A DNA stretch of 63,654 bases, filler included, from Intoshia linei (taxonomy: Eukaryota; Animalia; Orthonectida), in assembly GCA_001642005.1 (NCBI GenBank). It is 5 parts of 5 records of this genome, joined end to end, with 100 filler letters (N's around TTAATTAATTAA, not from the genome) between each part and the next. Parts side by side here need not be neighbours in the genome. Positions count along the whole stretch, not along the records: positions 19,493 to 43,111 come from LWCA01000551.1; positions 43,212 to 57,516 come from LWCA01000963.1; 3 more parts are not named here. One strand, written 5' to 3'. Below are positions 40,724 through 54,381 of the stretch, piece by piece. A program made the position numbers and the translations under genes. The notes below the pieces were generated by a model, which did no database searches, was not told the origin of the DNA, and saw only the letters and a list, made by a program, of their open reading frames with translations. Position 1 is the first letter of the stretch. Each line of letters starts with the position of its first letter.

Positions 40724-42751
40724 GAGTTTTAAATTTGGTAGCTATTGTGGGTGCTTTAAATTTGAAGGCAATAAATATTGTCAATTTATTATATATTGGA
40801 TTAATATTTGAAATATAATTTTAATTTTGCAAAGTTAGTGGAAATGAAAATATAATCAATTTTAAAATTTAGACTGCATACACTCAAATGTTAAATAGTT
40901 GTGCAAATGCAGTTGAATTTTTAAATGGAATATCGTATTAATTTGATAATTTTGCAATATATACAACAAGCACAATTGCTTCAAATTATACTACCTTATT
41001 AAATCGATAAGCACATCTTTCAAAATACTAATCAGCGTAACCAAAGTGGAATTAATCAATTTTTGTTGACCACATTTTAAAATTAACTCATCCAGTATTG
41101 TATTATATGTATATTCTTGTAAATCATTGCTTGTAACTCGTAATTTAAATGACAATCAATAATTTAAAGTACTTTATCCAAAAATGTTATATATCATAAT
41201 TATCAACTGTCATGTAACGAGTTTCAACTAAAAAAAATCAGTTTTTTTATAAATAGAGTAGTAATTAATGATTCTCCAGTTTAGATAATGGAACATTTTA
41301 ACAAATAATCCATATAATTACAATATGTATCTTTAGGATATTGATAATGGCTCATTTACACACAATTTAGTCATCAATGTGATGAATAAAGTTAAGTAAT
41401 CACGTTATCAATGTACAATCTTGCAAAAGTATTTTAAAATGAAATAAAGCATCTAGTTAAATGACAGAGTCTAGAAATATTAATAAATCAATACATATAC
41501 TTCAGGTTATCTAATTTAGAAGCAAGTGTAGACATGTAATTACAAGTACATTATATATATCGTGTATAAAACATTGTACTATATAATAATATTTATATTA
41601 GAATAATTCATTTCAATCAAATTTAATATATTAAAAATTAAATAATACAATTTTAATTCTGATTATTGCCATATTAGATTTTGCAAAACACAGCTTTGGA
41701 TTATAAATATTTTCATCATTTCATTCCGTTTTATTTAGTTGTATTACATCTAAGATATAATTTAATTAGAATACATAATAAAAATTAAATATTTAAGCTG
41801 CCCACTTATATAATAGTGAAACTATATTTCACATACTCAGACGATATGACCATTTGAAAGAAAGAACCATTTTTACGTTCCGATTTACAACTCTCGAACT
41901 CCACTTTACATTCTGTAAAACGATCATTTTTGTAAATTTGTCATTATTGGAATAAAATGTATATTAACGAAAGATATTGCAAACGAAAAATATAATTAAA
42001 AACAAAAAATCGCTAAACGTTATTGCCTCGAATTGTTAAATTTAAATAAATAAAATAATTGGAGAACATTTGTTACATTTGAGTAAAAATATTAATGTTA
42101 TTTATAAAATAGAAAGGAAAGGGATGCTAACTTTTGATTATTGAGTTCAATCAGAGTCTAAATTTGGAGAATATACAAAATTTAATTAATTATTACCTTT
42201 TATGTAAGGTGCCTAAAACATTTGCACGGGTCTGTACATACCATCAAAAAAAACTTGAATAACTCATTTGGTATTGTGATGTTTTAGTTTAAAAAATAAT
42301 TACCATGAAATAAACCGTCGCATTCCATCATTGCCACATTATCGAAATATTTAAATTGCAATATGGGATTGACCTATAAATAATAATAAATAAATTAACA
42401 AATTTTGAAAAAAATCATGTAATATATCAAATAATAATAAAGTCAATAAAGCAAAGCTCGTTATATCCGTAATTACCAATAGCTATCAGACACAACGCTT
42501 CGAAGATTCAAAAGAAGCTAAAAATTTTAGCCAAGTTAGTTGGCTTCATTAGTAATCATAATAATAATTATCATAATACAACTTTGGTAAGTCAGAACTG
42601 GATGAAACTGTAATGCTAAAACCTTTCCATCTATAATAATAAATTACAGTCTAAATATTAGCATCACTAACTTAATTATCGATGAAGTAACACTGATTCA
42701 CCCTGGTTTAATAATGTTTTTAGCTTTAAAACTTGCAATATTATATTACTT

Positions 42752-43111
42752 CACTGCGTTCCAAGTTATTATTCAACGATTAAAAACATTAATAATTTAA
42801 AAAATAGTCACTTAATTCTATTAATTTTTTTATCATAATTTAATCATTGACCATATCAAACTTTAATGTTACAAAAAAATTTATCACGTTTCCAAAAAAT
42901 CATTCTATTTAAGATTTTATATTTTTGGATAATTTTTAATGTCAAATTATTATGCTAATCAACATTTAGGATAATTATGGATAAATCAACATCACTTACT
43001 GTTGACGAAAAAAATAAAATCCTGAAAATGTTAAATAACGGAATTTCGATAAATGAAATAGCTTCAAATTTAGAACACGATCATCGCACAATCCGTCGAT
43101 ATATAGAAAAC
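42752..43111 (+). mobile_element. Tc1/mariner element 5' end with transposase HTH, cut by gap
   Basis: CACTGCGTTCCAAGTTATTAT terminus; MDKSTSLTVDEKNKILKML...EIASNLEHDHRTIRRYI. Confidence 0.78.
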
Positions 43112-43211
43112 NNNNNNNNNNNNNNNNNNNNNNNNNNNNNNNNNNNNNNNNNNNNTTAATTAATTAANNNNNNNNNNNNNNNNNNNNNNNNNNNNNNNNN
43201 NNNNNNNNNNN

Positions 43212-44425
43212 TACATTGAATATATTCATTTGCTAAACTTTTGCATTTTATCAAACCAACAGATGCCACCGCATCACGCGATAAAAGATCGGCTGTATAG
43301 TTTAATACTTCAGGTCGATATATTATGTATAATTATGTATATATATGTCATAATTAAATTCGTCTAACTTCAACATCCATCTAATCAATTCCATTGGTAA
43401 ATTCTTTGACCGACGCATTTCAACAATTGGATTATGATCATGAATTATTTTGCAATATCGTTCTATAATATATCTCCTGAAATGATTAGCTACTTTACAT
43501 ACGGCAAACAATTCTTTTTTTGTGGTACTATAATTTTTTTCAGTGTCACTAAGTTTTTTATTGAAATATTCTACGACTTTGCCACCCTGTAATAATACTG
43601 AAGCCATACCTTCGTTTGAGGCATCACACTTCATAACAAAATCTTATTTATTAGTCATAAATCAATTAATATATATAGTATTAAGTACATAAATCTGCGG
43701 TAAAATGAACACATTCCTAAAAATCTTCGCATTTGTCGCATAGTTTTTTAGGTGGGCATACTTCGTCAAAACACAATACTTTTGATGGATCAACCATAAC
43801 ACCATTTTTATTTATCACATGACCTAACACCTTAATTTCGTCAATTCCAATTATACATTTTTTTGGTTTGACAATTAATCCAGCATTTTGCAATGCCATC
43901 AATACACAATTTAAATTTTTACTATGTTTTTCATTAGAATGCGATGCAATGATGATATCATCGAGATGGACTGTCAACGTTATCAATATTTTTCAGTACC
44001 TGGTCCATCATTCGTTGGTAATTCGATGGTGCATTTGACAGTCCTTGCGGCATCATTAATTCATCAATTCAGTACTGAACGCCGTTTTCCATCGGTCTTC
44101 TTTACATACGGGTATTTGCCAAAATCCATTAATTAAATCTAATGTAGAAAATATTGTACGATCCGATAGAAATTCTAGACAATCTTTAATGTTAGGTGCA
44201 GGATATTTATCTCTAGCAGTATTTGCGTTAAGAGAACGGTAGTCTATAACCATTCTATCTGTTTTGTCCTTTTTTTTATTAAAAAATACCTTGAACTATG
44301 AAAGCTTCTGCTGGCTTCTATAATATCATTACTCAATAATTCTTTAATTAATTTTGAATGTTTTTCTCGCAATTTTATACCAATGGGAAAAGGTTTCATC
44401 ACTCTTAAATTAATGTTAATTAACG
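43212..44425 (-). mobile_element. Degenerate Ty3/Gypsy pol (RT plus RNase H)
   Basis: VIDYRSLN, FSTLDLINGFWQIP, HLDDIII, KCDASNEG, NYSTTKKELFAV, HDHNP; frameshifted. Confidence 0.93.
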
Positions 44426-44966
44426 TTAAATTATTGATATATAATTGGTATTTTTAAGTATTTATTGAATTGGTACTAAATATATATTATCAGTGATTTC
44501 AGAAATGATTCATCACATTGAAAATGACAAAATAGGTTTTTATAATTTTATTTTTTCTGGAATTTATGCTATTTTGACAAAATTTTTAATGAGTGTTTTT
44601 ACTTTATTGTTAAGATTATACAACTCATTCTGTCTAATAAATTATTTCTTTAATTTTATTTTTTCTGGAATTTATGCTATTTATGACAATTTTTAGGATT
44701 GGACGTTTTTATCTTATTTTTAATATTATGCACACATTCTGTCTAATAAATTAAAATGGAATAAGTGACTTTTAAGTGAAAAGTAATGTGATATTATGGT
44801 TTCACCTGAAACAAATTTGGGAACCACTCCTTTAAAGAATTGATAATAATGAATAGTAGGATTTTTAAGTTAGATTTTCAACGTGAATTTATTTTTTTAG
44901 TATAATAAAAATTGCCTTCAGCAGAGCTAGGTCCTGTTTGTACGTAGTACATAACAGTCAACCTAG
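44426..44966 (+). mobile_element. Helitron 3' portion
   Basis: Matches 15520-16029 and 23110-23429; ends in hairpin + CTAG|T. Confidence 0.82.
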
Positions 44967-45399
44967 TATTTTATATTTATCTTAACATTTTTGTATGAAT
45001 TTAATAATGACATTTGAGAGGGTAAATATTAATCGATTTATTTGTTTTTGATAAATGCTTAAAATCAAAAAAGGTATTCACGTGCAAAATTAGCATTTCT
45101 AATAAAAAAAAGTGGACACCCTAATCAATATACATTTTTAATTTCATTAACTTTCTTCCTATCTCTCATTCCACGATAACCGGCTTGAATAGTTGTAGCT
45201 GCAGCTTCCTAAAAAAAGTAAAAAATGGAAAACCGTACAAACTTGTTGCTCATTTAGTGAATATTCAATTAAACTTTTTTTTTGTTCCTGTTGTTCAGAT
45301 TCGTGCTCAATTGATTCCAATTCATTGTCGATCGGGTATGAATTTTTGTCGTTTAATGCATTCTGGTTTTTCTAGAAAATGGTCAATTTTTTAAATATT

Positions 45400-46780
45400 T
45401 CACTTTACCACTGATATTTCGGAATCTTCGTCTGCAAAATCTTGATTGGATTCGCTCAACTTCTCTTGTTCCAATTTTTCAAATGTACTTTCTGGTTCTT
45501 GCTGAATTAAATTGCTCTTTTGGGATAATTTTTCAAATTCTAGTGAATTTTTTTTAGACATTACATCATCTTGTGAGGATGGTCGCAAGATATCTTTAAG
45601 TGATTCATTTTCATGTATGGATTCTTTTTTTATAGAGTCTCTTTTTATGGATTCTCTTTTCACAGAGTCTCTTTTAATTGAATTTCGTTTTGATGCAACT
45701 GATTCTCGTTTTGATGAAATTGAGTCTCTTTTAGGGTTAACATCTTTTCCATTGATTGATTCTTTTTCAGATATAGATTCTTTCTTAGATTCTCTATCCT
45801 TTGAAATCGAACTTTTAATAGTTGGTGTATTTTTTTTCTGAGTGTCTTTTGTAACAATTGAGCTTTTCTTTGATATTACTGTTTCTCGTGAATTTGATTC
45901 GCGTTTTTTTAAATTGTCCCTTATTGGTTTATCAGATTTTATTGATTTTCGTTTTTTATTTTTATTTTCATTTTCTTTGTCAATTTTTTCCGTTTTTCCA
46001 CTATTTTGACTTTCGTTATCTACAGACCCATTAATACTTTTTGATTCACTTTTACGTTTTATAATGATATCTTTAAATTCTTTATCATTTCCTTGTGTTA
46101 AAAATGTTTTCTTTGGTTCACTGAAATCATTAATTTCTTCCTATGTTAATATATAGAAAGACAAATTTTAGTGTATAATATTATATAATAGTTTAATAAA
46201 ATATAAATAATGTAAATAAATGTTACTATAAATCGACAATTGTATACAAGCTCATTTTATTTTAAAAATTAAATCATTATCATCGGTGAAAGTAATCAAA
46301 TATATAATAATAAAAATGAAAATGGCGCCATTGAATAAAACAATCACAGGTAACAAATAACAAATATTAACAAATAAATTTACCATGAAAATTAATGAAA
46401 TTCATCAATTTTTAGTCAAACTACTTTAGCGCTATTTAATACATTTTTTATCACAGGTAACATATGACAAGTGTGAAAATGATCAACAATAAATAATAAA
46501 TTAATTTTTTATTTTATCATTATTCGATATTAAAACGAAATGAAATGAAAAGGTATTATTAAAAATAATAAATTACATTAACTTGCTCTGCTTCCATTTG
46601 TTCTACGGGTAAATCTATATTTACATCCTCACTTTCTGGAACTTGTTCAGCAGTTTTAAGTGTTATTGGTTTTTTTTTCTCTGGTTTGTCTATTTTTTTT
46701 GATTTTATTTTATTAGTTTCATAGCTTGTAATTGGTAATTTTTCTTCCGTTTTCTCTTTTTTCGGTTTTTTATCTATCAT
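45400..46780 (-). CDS. Lys/Glu/Ser-rich low-complexity protein exons (about 46780-46580 and 46140-45409) with 5-residue (K/R)ES(I/L)x repeats
   Basis: An acceptor at 46142-46141 opens a stop-free frame of about 245 codons containing KRESIKRDSIKKESI-type repeats. Start and end are unresolved. Confidence 0.6.
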
Positions 46781-48288
46781 TTCATTTATAGTACATGTAT
46801 TTGAATCGACAACAAAAGCAATGAAAAAAATTTGATAAATATTTATAGAATTTTTATATATTACAGAAAAATGACGTTAGGAATAATAAAATTTTTCTTC
46901 GTCATTTCAATAAAATTTTAAAATCATTTTCTTAACTTTTTTAGCTAAAATAGCATTTCTTTTTTATTTTTCTAAGAGAATTATTGATTATATGCTTAAA
47001 TTCTTGAAAAAAATTGATATTAATTTTTTAATTAGGGGGCGATTCTAAAAAAACCTTTAGAACTAGTCATGAATACGGATCGAAAAAATATCAAAAATAT
47101 CTAATTTTAGATTACATAGAAATTATAGACTACAAATAATTTTGATCAAAATTTTAATTTTTATTGATTAACTTATAAATTTGTTCCACTTCATTTATTA
47201 ACACGATGCATGTGATAACATTTGAAATGTGTTAGCATTTCTATATTTTCCAACTACATATGTACTGCATATGAAGTATATAACACGCGTAGTGTTAACA
47301 CTATAAGATAAAAATTGTGGGTCCCTATATCAAATAAAATAAAATGTCATGTCTTTTTACATACAAAATATTTAATAAATTCTCCAACACTAAGTTATAT
47401 AATAAAAATCCATGATCCATAATTCATAATAACAAATACTGATGATCGGATCAATCATACCCCTGATTCCTCTAATTTTAAAAATAATAATAACTTTACA
47501 TTTTTCTATAAAAAATTCGCATAGAAATCTTAGAGACACCACCTTTCTCTCTTATAATAATTATGGTAGTTTCCAAGTTCCGAATAATGTTCAGTAAACT
47601 TTTATGATATTCATAAATTTATAATATCTATTTTTTCAATATTTTATATAATATATTTACGTATCTGTAACGTAACATTTAATTCTTAAAAATCGGCAAT
47701 TCAAAACAGTTGTATACAAAAAATTTTAATAAAATCGTATCAGGTAAATTTAGAAAAGTAAATGGAAAACTAGTCGTTAAATATAAATTAATACTACTAT
47801 TTACTTTAATAACAAATAATGATTTTATTGATTTGTGCTTTAAGAAAATCTCAATTACAAAATTTTTACTCGAGTCTAAAGATTGTATACACTTTTACAC
47901 ATAAATAATATTTTTAAATTAAATGTGTCAATGCAAACCATTTTATTTCAATGTAATTATTGTTGTTATGTGTTGATAAATTAAGTACTTTATAACTGAA
48001 AGGAATCAATTTCATTCAAATTATAAAAAATGATAGAAATGAATTATAATTAGTGCAGTTTAATAAATGGTTTAATTGTTAAAATTAAAATCTCAAAGGG
48101 GTAATTATATATAATCGTAAATTACTTTTTTTAATTTTTCGTTTATCAAATTTCGATTTTGCTGCTTTTACAAGTAAAACTTCCTTTTCCCTGAAAAGAA
48201 TTATATACAAAATCATCACGTATAATACACTGCGATTTGAGAATAAGTTTTTTCTTGGGCTGGTTTGGTGTAATTGGGTTTCTCGTTT

Positions 48289-49326
48289 TCATTTGAATCT
48301 TGATGGTAATAACTTTGAATATTATATTCTTTACGTCTAACTAATAACTTGCTGTGGTTTCCTAACCTCGAATATGTGGGTACGGGAGCTTTTTCAAATT
48401 TTCTAATATTAATTTTATCGACAATTAATTTTAATTTTAAAAATTACTTGATAAATGCAGATTTGTTGAGGGTTGTAATAAAGGAAGGCCGTACATTTCC
48501 ATAAGGCACTTTGATGAATCTACTCATGGTATTCCCCACAGCCACATAAAAATTTCCATTCTCTAATTGGCGAATATGTCTAATGCGTCTGCCTTTAGCT
48601 GTATATAAACTGAAAATATAAATTTTAGTTTCGTTATATTTTACTATTTCACTCCACCACTGTGGGATTTTATTTTTTGGGAAATGTATGCATTTATGTT
48701 TTTTAGGCTATTTCGAATAGAATTTGGTAATACAAGGTGTTTGGCTGCATCATATTCATTTCCGTTTTCGTATATACTAAATTGCACTTATTAATGCATT
48801 TATTACCATTTACTTTAAAGTTAAGCCATCTATAGGAATATGTTTGATTCTACCAGACATTTGTATCCGACTATGAATAACAGGCTTTATCTAAATTACT
48901 TTTAATTTTAAACATTTAAGTTATTCACTGGTTTTTCACGCTGTGTAGCTTGTTGTACGGGATTTATTATTGTTATATTTTTGTAACTAAAATTTAAATT
49001 TCATTAATTGTTCATTTTTACTTTATTTTTCTGAATGGTATTTTTCCTTGAATGGCAACATAACTCTCTCGGTCCATCAATTTTTCAAATGATTTGATGC
49101 GAGTACCATGAGACGGTGTGCGTATGCTACGGACTGCTCTATCGCAGTTTAACATTGATGTAAGTTCAATCATAAATGTTTCAAACGTTCGGAATTTACT
49201 TCTACAATCACATGATTATATGCACATTATGTTTAACCTATTGATAACAACGTCTCGTCCGCTGAAATATTTTGACCCATTCAAATAGAATCGGACTCTT
49301 TTTGAAGCTATTGGTACGTAGCTCAT
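48289..49326 (-). CDS. Doublecortin domain-containing protein (two DCX domains, DCDC2-like); 3' end uncertain
   Basis: KRVRFYLNGSKYFSGRDVVINR|SKFRTFETFMIELT...AVRSIRTPSHGTRI...YVA, then IYENGNEY...LYTAKGRRI...LENGNFYVAVG...FIKVPY. Introns are about 35 nt. Confidence 0.85.
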
Positions 49327-49796
49327 CTTTAAGTGTTTACTAGTTTCGTATGAATATAAATATTTTTGTGTTCCGTGGACTAATTTCAACAATTTCAACT
49401 GTACATTGTCCAAGTGGTATATTCAAGTAAAAATGTTTTGTACGTTTTGTTAAACTTTTTCCTGTTAAATAGTTAAACGAACACAAATGTAAGTCGATTT
49501 GTTAGGTAAATGTACATAGCATAAAACAATAACAATATATTAATTATGTTACAGTATACTTCTATTCATTCATAACTTAACGATTAATTCATTGGTTGTA
49601 TTGCATTGTTATTTACTCATAGATACAAGTCTAACACTCATGAACTCAATTACTTTCACAATTTAATGATTTTAACGAAAAGAAATGCAAACTCCCGTCT
49701 GCGATACCTGTTAATTTATCAATCTATCAGCCACATACATAACCATGCAATTAAATATTCAATAATATATAACTTTTATTTTCAAAATGTACATTT

Positions 49797-52700
49797 TTAA
49801 TTATGGTATTTTTTTTCAATTTTACCCTGATCAGATATGGTTTTCATTTTATCACTAAAATCAAAAATTAATTATAATAAATTGTTATTATTCTATTTAT
49901 AAGTACTTACGTCATTCTATCAAGCTGTTCATCGTTTAATGTAGTTGAAAGCCACATCCATATCTTGAATAAATTTTTTCTAACCGATAGGGTTAAACCG
50001 TTAACGTAATCATTAAATTCACCCAGAGTTGCACCAGCAAATTGATACACCTAAATTTAATGGATTAAAATAAAATATGGTATACGTAGGATTCCCAAGC
50101 ATCGTCTATTGCAGTTTGACTTGATTCAAAGATGCATACCATTCTAAAACCATTTTTATTTTTTTCATCCTCCCATGCAGGTCTGATACCTTTCTAAAAA
50201 TAAAAGTAAATACTTTCTAAATTCAAGTGTTTGTTGGCTAAGCACAGTAAACAATAACCTGTCATAAAATACCTTTTTTGAGTAAACAGAAAGTAGCCCA
50301 CGGGTAAAGATGAGTAATTATGTGTATGTTAGGAATATCCATTTGAAAAATTTTTAAATCAAATAAGACCACGACTTTTGATTTAAATGTACCCCAAAAT
50401 GAAAATATTTTGAAATTTGATACTAAATTAAATTACAATTTTAAAAATGATCCAACTATTGGTAAAAATGGACAATATATTATTATAGAACAAATAACTA
50501 TAGAAACCAATTTAAAAAGTAGAATACAAATATATAATAATATATTAATATGTAAATTAGTTTAATCTCATTTCAAGGTTAAAATATCTAACCAAAACTT
50601 GTTACAAATTTGTAATGGCCTTTGATTGGTATATAATTTCATTGGCTATTCTAATTACCCACTCCGCTATTTCATTTTCTGAAGTGTTTACATCAAAATC
50701 CGGCCAAAATATTCTTATAAACTTTTAAACCATAATTAAAAAATTTTCATGTTTAGAGAATAATGAATATACTGAATGGGGTATTTTAAAAATATTTTTG
50801 AATAATAAAAATTACCTTAAAAAGGTTCACATCAACATATCCACCGTTGCTACGTATTTCTGTCGGTTTTTTAATGTATTCAAACACTCTAAAACAATAA
50901 ATAAACTATTATATCAACTCAATATTAACAATTCCACTAAATGGTGCAAACATTGGTTTTAAATTTATTTTTTTAAATAATAAAAAAAAATTTTCTAGAC
51001 AGATAAAAATCCGCGGTGAAATTTTCAACTTATCACCCAATAGAAAATTTTTAATTTCAAATAATTTGTGTAATATAAAATTATAAGTTACTGCAAAAGT
51101 TCAAAAGCACTATCTAAATCTGATAAATGTTCAAAATTGTCCCAGGCTGCTCCTCCTTCACTTAAACGTAACGATAGTGTCAATTCAACGGGAAGTGGGT
51201 ATTTATCATTTTGAGTGAGTTCAACGTTCTAAAAAATAAAATAGTTTAATTTTTAGTTATTAATCCAATGCTTCGTAAAGGGATGGATAATATATAACAT
51301 TAATGATCTATTTTAGATGAATTTTATTTGGGTTGTATTCAGAGAAATTTTACCATCAAATTACAAATTAGATACAGTTAAGGTTTTAATTGATTTTCAA
51401 AACCTTTGTGAGCCTATAATTTTTTTAATCACTGGATTCATGAACTTTAATTACAAAAGATTGCATGAATCAAATAGTATTATTCATAATACAAAATTTT
51501 GACACCAATTTACTAGAACAATGGCGACAGAACGGGTGTTTGCGTGTTAAAAATACACTATTTATGATCTTTTGAAGACACGTTAATAAAACATTCACAT
51601 ATGTCAATATAATTTAAAATTTTAATTTATATCAAAAGATTAAAGAAGGTTGAATTCTGTAACATTGAAATTTACATGTTAGGTTCACCCTATTGAAAAA
51701 ATAAAATATATTTTTTTTCCTTCGCAAATTAAAAAAATCTTCACGGCTAAAACCTCAAATTACCCCGTTTTGTGAAAATGAAACATTTGTGGATATCAAA
51801 AAAATCATAAAATTTAAAATCATAAACATTATCATAAATCGCAAAGCCAAAATGTGACTTTTTTACAAAACCAAACTATAGATTACCCTTTTTTTTAAAA
51901 ATGAAAATAGTCCTAGAATTTAAAAAAAATACAATTGATACAGCTATATCCAGGTAACACACAGTAAAAATTTCAATCTGATAAAGTGACGACTTTACAG
52001 TCAAAAAAGCACTTTAGTATTGATTTTTTTATAAACTATTTTATTAAATGTAAAACAACAAATTTGAAATAATTAATGGTCCTAGAAATTACAAAAAAGA
52101 TTATTACTGATACAGCTTATTCCAGTTGATATAGATACAAAATTTCAACCCCATTAATCTATGCATTACTGGTGAAAAATAACTCAATATATTATCAATC
52201 AATATTTTTCAAATTTTCAACATTTCCACAAAGGGATATGGTAGAAATCTTATAAATTAATTCCTTAGGTTTTTTTAATGCTACGCAAAGAATTAAAAAA
52301 ATGCCGGCGGCAGATCTAGGCGTTGTTTGTACGATATGCATAACAGTCAAATTTGTAATTTAATAATTATACCATATTATGGCTTTATTATTTTTCAATT
52401 GGCCAAATTACCTTTTTTTAAAAATTAAACAATTCAGTATATTATAATATAAAACAAAAATGTTGGGATAGTTTTTTAAATAATAAACCCGATGCCAGGT
52501 TCTACTATATTTCCATAGTATTTCTATATTACACAAAAACATCGCAAGATTTCAATTAAATAGTCACATTCTTGCCTAAATTTATCTATAAAATTTAATT
52601 TTAAATTCCAGTGTCACTACTTTGAATTAATTTTAATGATAAACTAATAATTTTATTCATTCATTTCCCAGGTAACGGTTTATGCAGTAAAATTCAAATA

Positions 52701-52815
52701 AAAATATTAAACACAATGTCAAAGTATAAACGATATTAAATTATTCTAATATATAATTAACATGTATTACTTTCTCTTGTTCAGTTTCAACTTTTTCTAC
52801 AGTTTCAGCCATCAT
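49797..52815 (-). CDS. Divergent eIF4E-family protein A, 186 aa; exons 52815-52771, 51228-51092, 50888-50816, 50193-50086, 50050-49911, 49854-49797
   Basis: LFK|KGIRPAWEDEKNKNG, DDAW, VNGLTLSVRK...KIWMW and terminal YH. Exon lengths sum to 561 nt with consistent phases. Confidence 0.9.
51735..52350 (+). mobile_element. Diverged Helitron-family copy in intron 1 of eIF4E-A
   Basis: Colinear blocks with 22160-22930 plus a degenerate 3' end GGCAGATCTAGGCGTTGTTTGTACG...TAACAGTCAA. Confidence 0.7.
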
Positions 52816-52992
52816 TTAAAATATTTTAGAATTAATAATGATGTAAATATTTTTACAAATGAATGTGCGACGACTTAATATTAAAATAACTTTAGTGCTA
52901 ATAGTAATAAGTTATTATTACTAATAACGTAGTTTACATTGTAAATTTTACAATAAATAAAGGTTAAAACTAATCTTTGTAACGCAATTTAA

Positions 52993-53820
52993 CCCTTTCA
53001 CTGTCTGTGTATTCTATGACAGCAATTCTCAACCTTTTTCAGGCCATGTCTTAAAAAAGTTTTGCCCAAAATTCCATGACCCACCTTAAAAAACCTTAAA
53101 ATATCTACTTTTATTTTCAGTAAAATGCTTTATTTATTTAAATTTATACTAGTTAGTGACTGCCTTGGCATTGGCGTTTGTTGCACAATGAATCGTAATC
53201 AATTTCTATTAGTTTATTTAATCTTAAACGCATTATTCCTCGGTTGTTCACATTCAATTTTGACCTCTTCTTACTAAAAATATTGACCACTGCTGAAAAT
53301 CCAGCTTTTACAATCCATATTGTAGGAAAAGCAATAATGCTTGGTTGGACATTATCAAACACAATTGGATTTGATTCTTGAATTCCCATAAATCCAAATA
53401 CACCTTCCTTTTTTATTCGTCTTACTAATTTCAAATCTTTTTTCAAAACTTAAAATAATTAAATCAAGTTCAAGAGTTTTTCAGTTAGTTCAGGACTGGT
53501 TCCATCATCTGGTTCAAAGTTTTGAAGATCTATAAACCTTAATTCCAAATTTATATTTCAAATTCATTATGCATTTATAGATTTTGTTTTGGTTAGCAAT
53601 TTTATGGCTTAATACACCAAATTTTTTTTAATGTTGAAAATTTTCTGTGGCCCACGTTGATAACCCGTTCTATGATATACAACATAATTTTGAAAAACTT
53701 TATTCTTTTATTTTCATATATTTTCTCATAGGTAATTTAAAAATAATAAAATTTTAAATTAAAAAATAAATGCCAGACGTGTGGTGATAGTACATAAAAT
53801 TGCATCAGACAGTGAAAGGG
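52993..53820. mobile_element. piggyBac-like MITE containing a Buster/Charlie hAT derivative (53020-53667)
   Basis: TTAA|CCCTTTCACTGTCTG ... CAGACAGTGAAAGGG|TTAG. The inner element has TSD TTCTATGA and a minus-strand remnant IAFPTIWIVKAGFS...KKRSKL...RQCQGSH (Buster C-terminus). Confidence 0.85.
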
Positions 53821-54381
53821 TTAGACATTACTACACTGTAAAGGTTAATTATTTTATCTGAAACTACTAAAACTGTACGTTAATAAAAAATATTTAAATT
53901 GTTATCCATTCACACAATAGTCACCAAACCTGTTTTTCAGAGCCACCCTTCTAAATTTATTTTTATTATTTGAAGATGCAGAATACAATACTATTTGAAA
54001 GTATATCGCCCACCACACTTGGTAAAAACTAATCTTGTGAACTGTTCTATAAATCAAAATCTTATAACATAAATTTATTAAAATAAAGGCAGTCTCATAA
54101 ATCTGTTAAATAATGTTTATTTTTAAAGGTGGTTCTAAAGATTGCCATCAAAAAATTTCATCTTGTAATAAATCATTAGACAATGCTATTTTTTTCTATA
54201 CAAGTGTACTGTGCAAATTTTCTGATTCGAAACTTTCTCACGCCATTACTATCGTCAATTCAGAACAATTTTAAGCAGAATTGATGAAGATAAGAATGTG
54301 TTTTAAAAGTAAATTGTTCAAAACTTAAAATTAGAGACGACGATTTAATATACAAACTTATATTTAAAAAATCAAACAATT

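Noticed and set aside
45512-45857. ORFs 45512-45841 (+) and 45660-45857 (-)
   Set aside because: Shadow frames of the repetitive minus-strand exon.
53880-54330. Coding-like composition downstream of eIF4E-B
   Set aside because: I could not assemble a consistent spliced frame; eIF4E-B already terminates at 54382.
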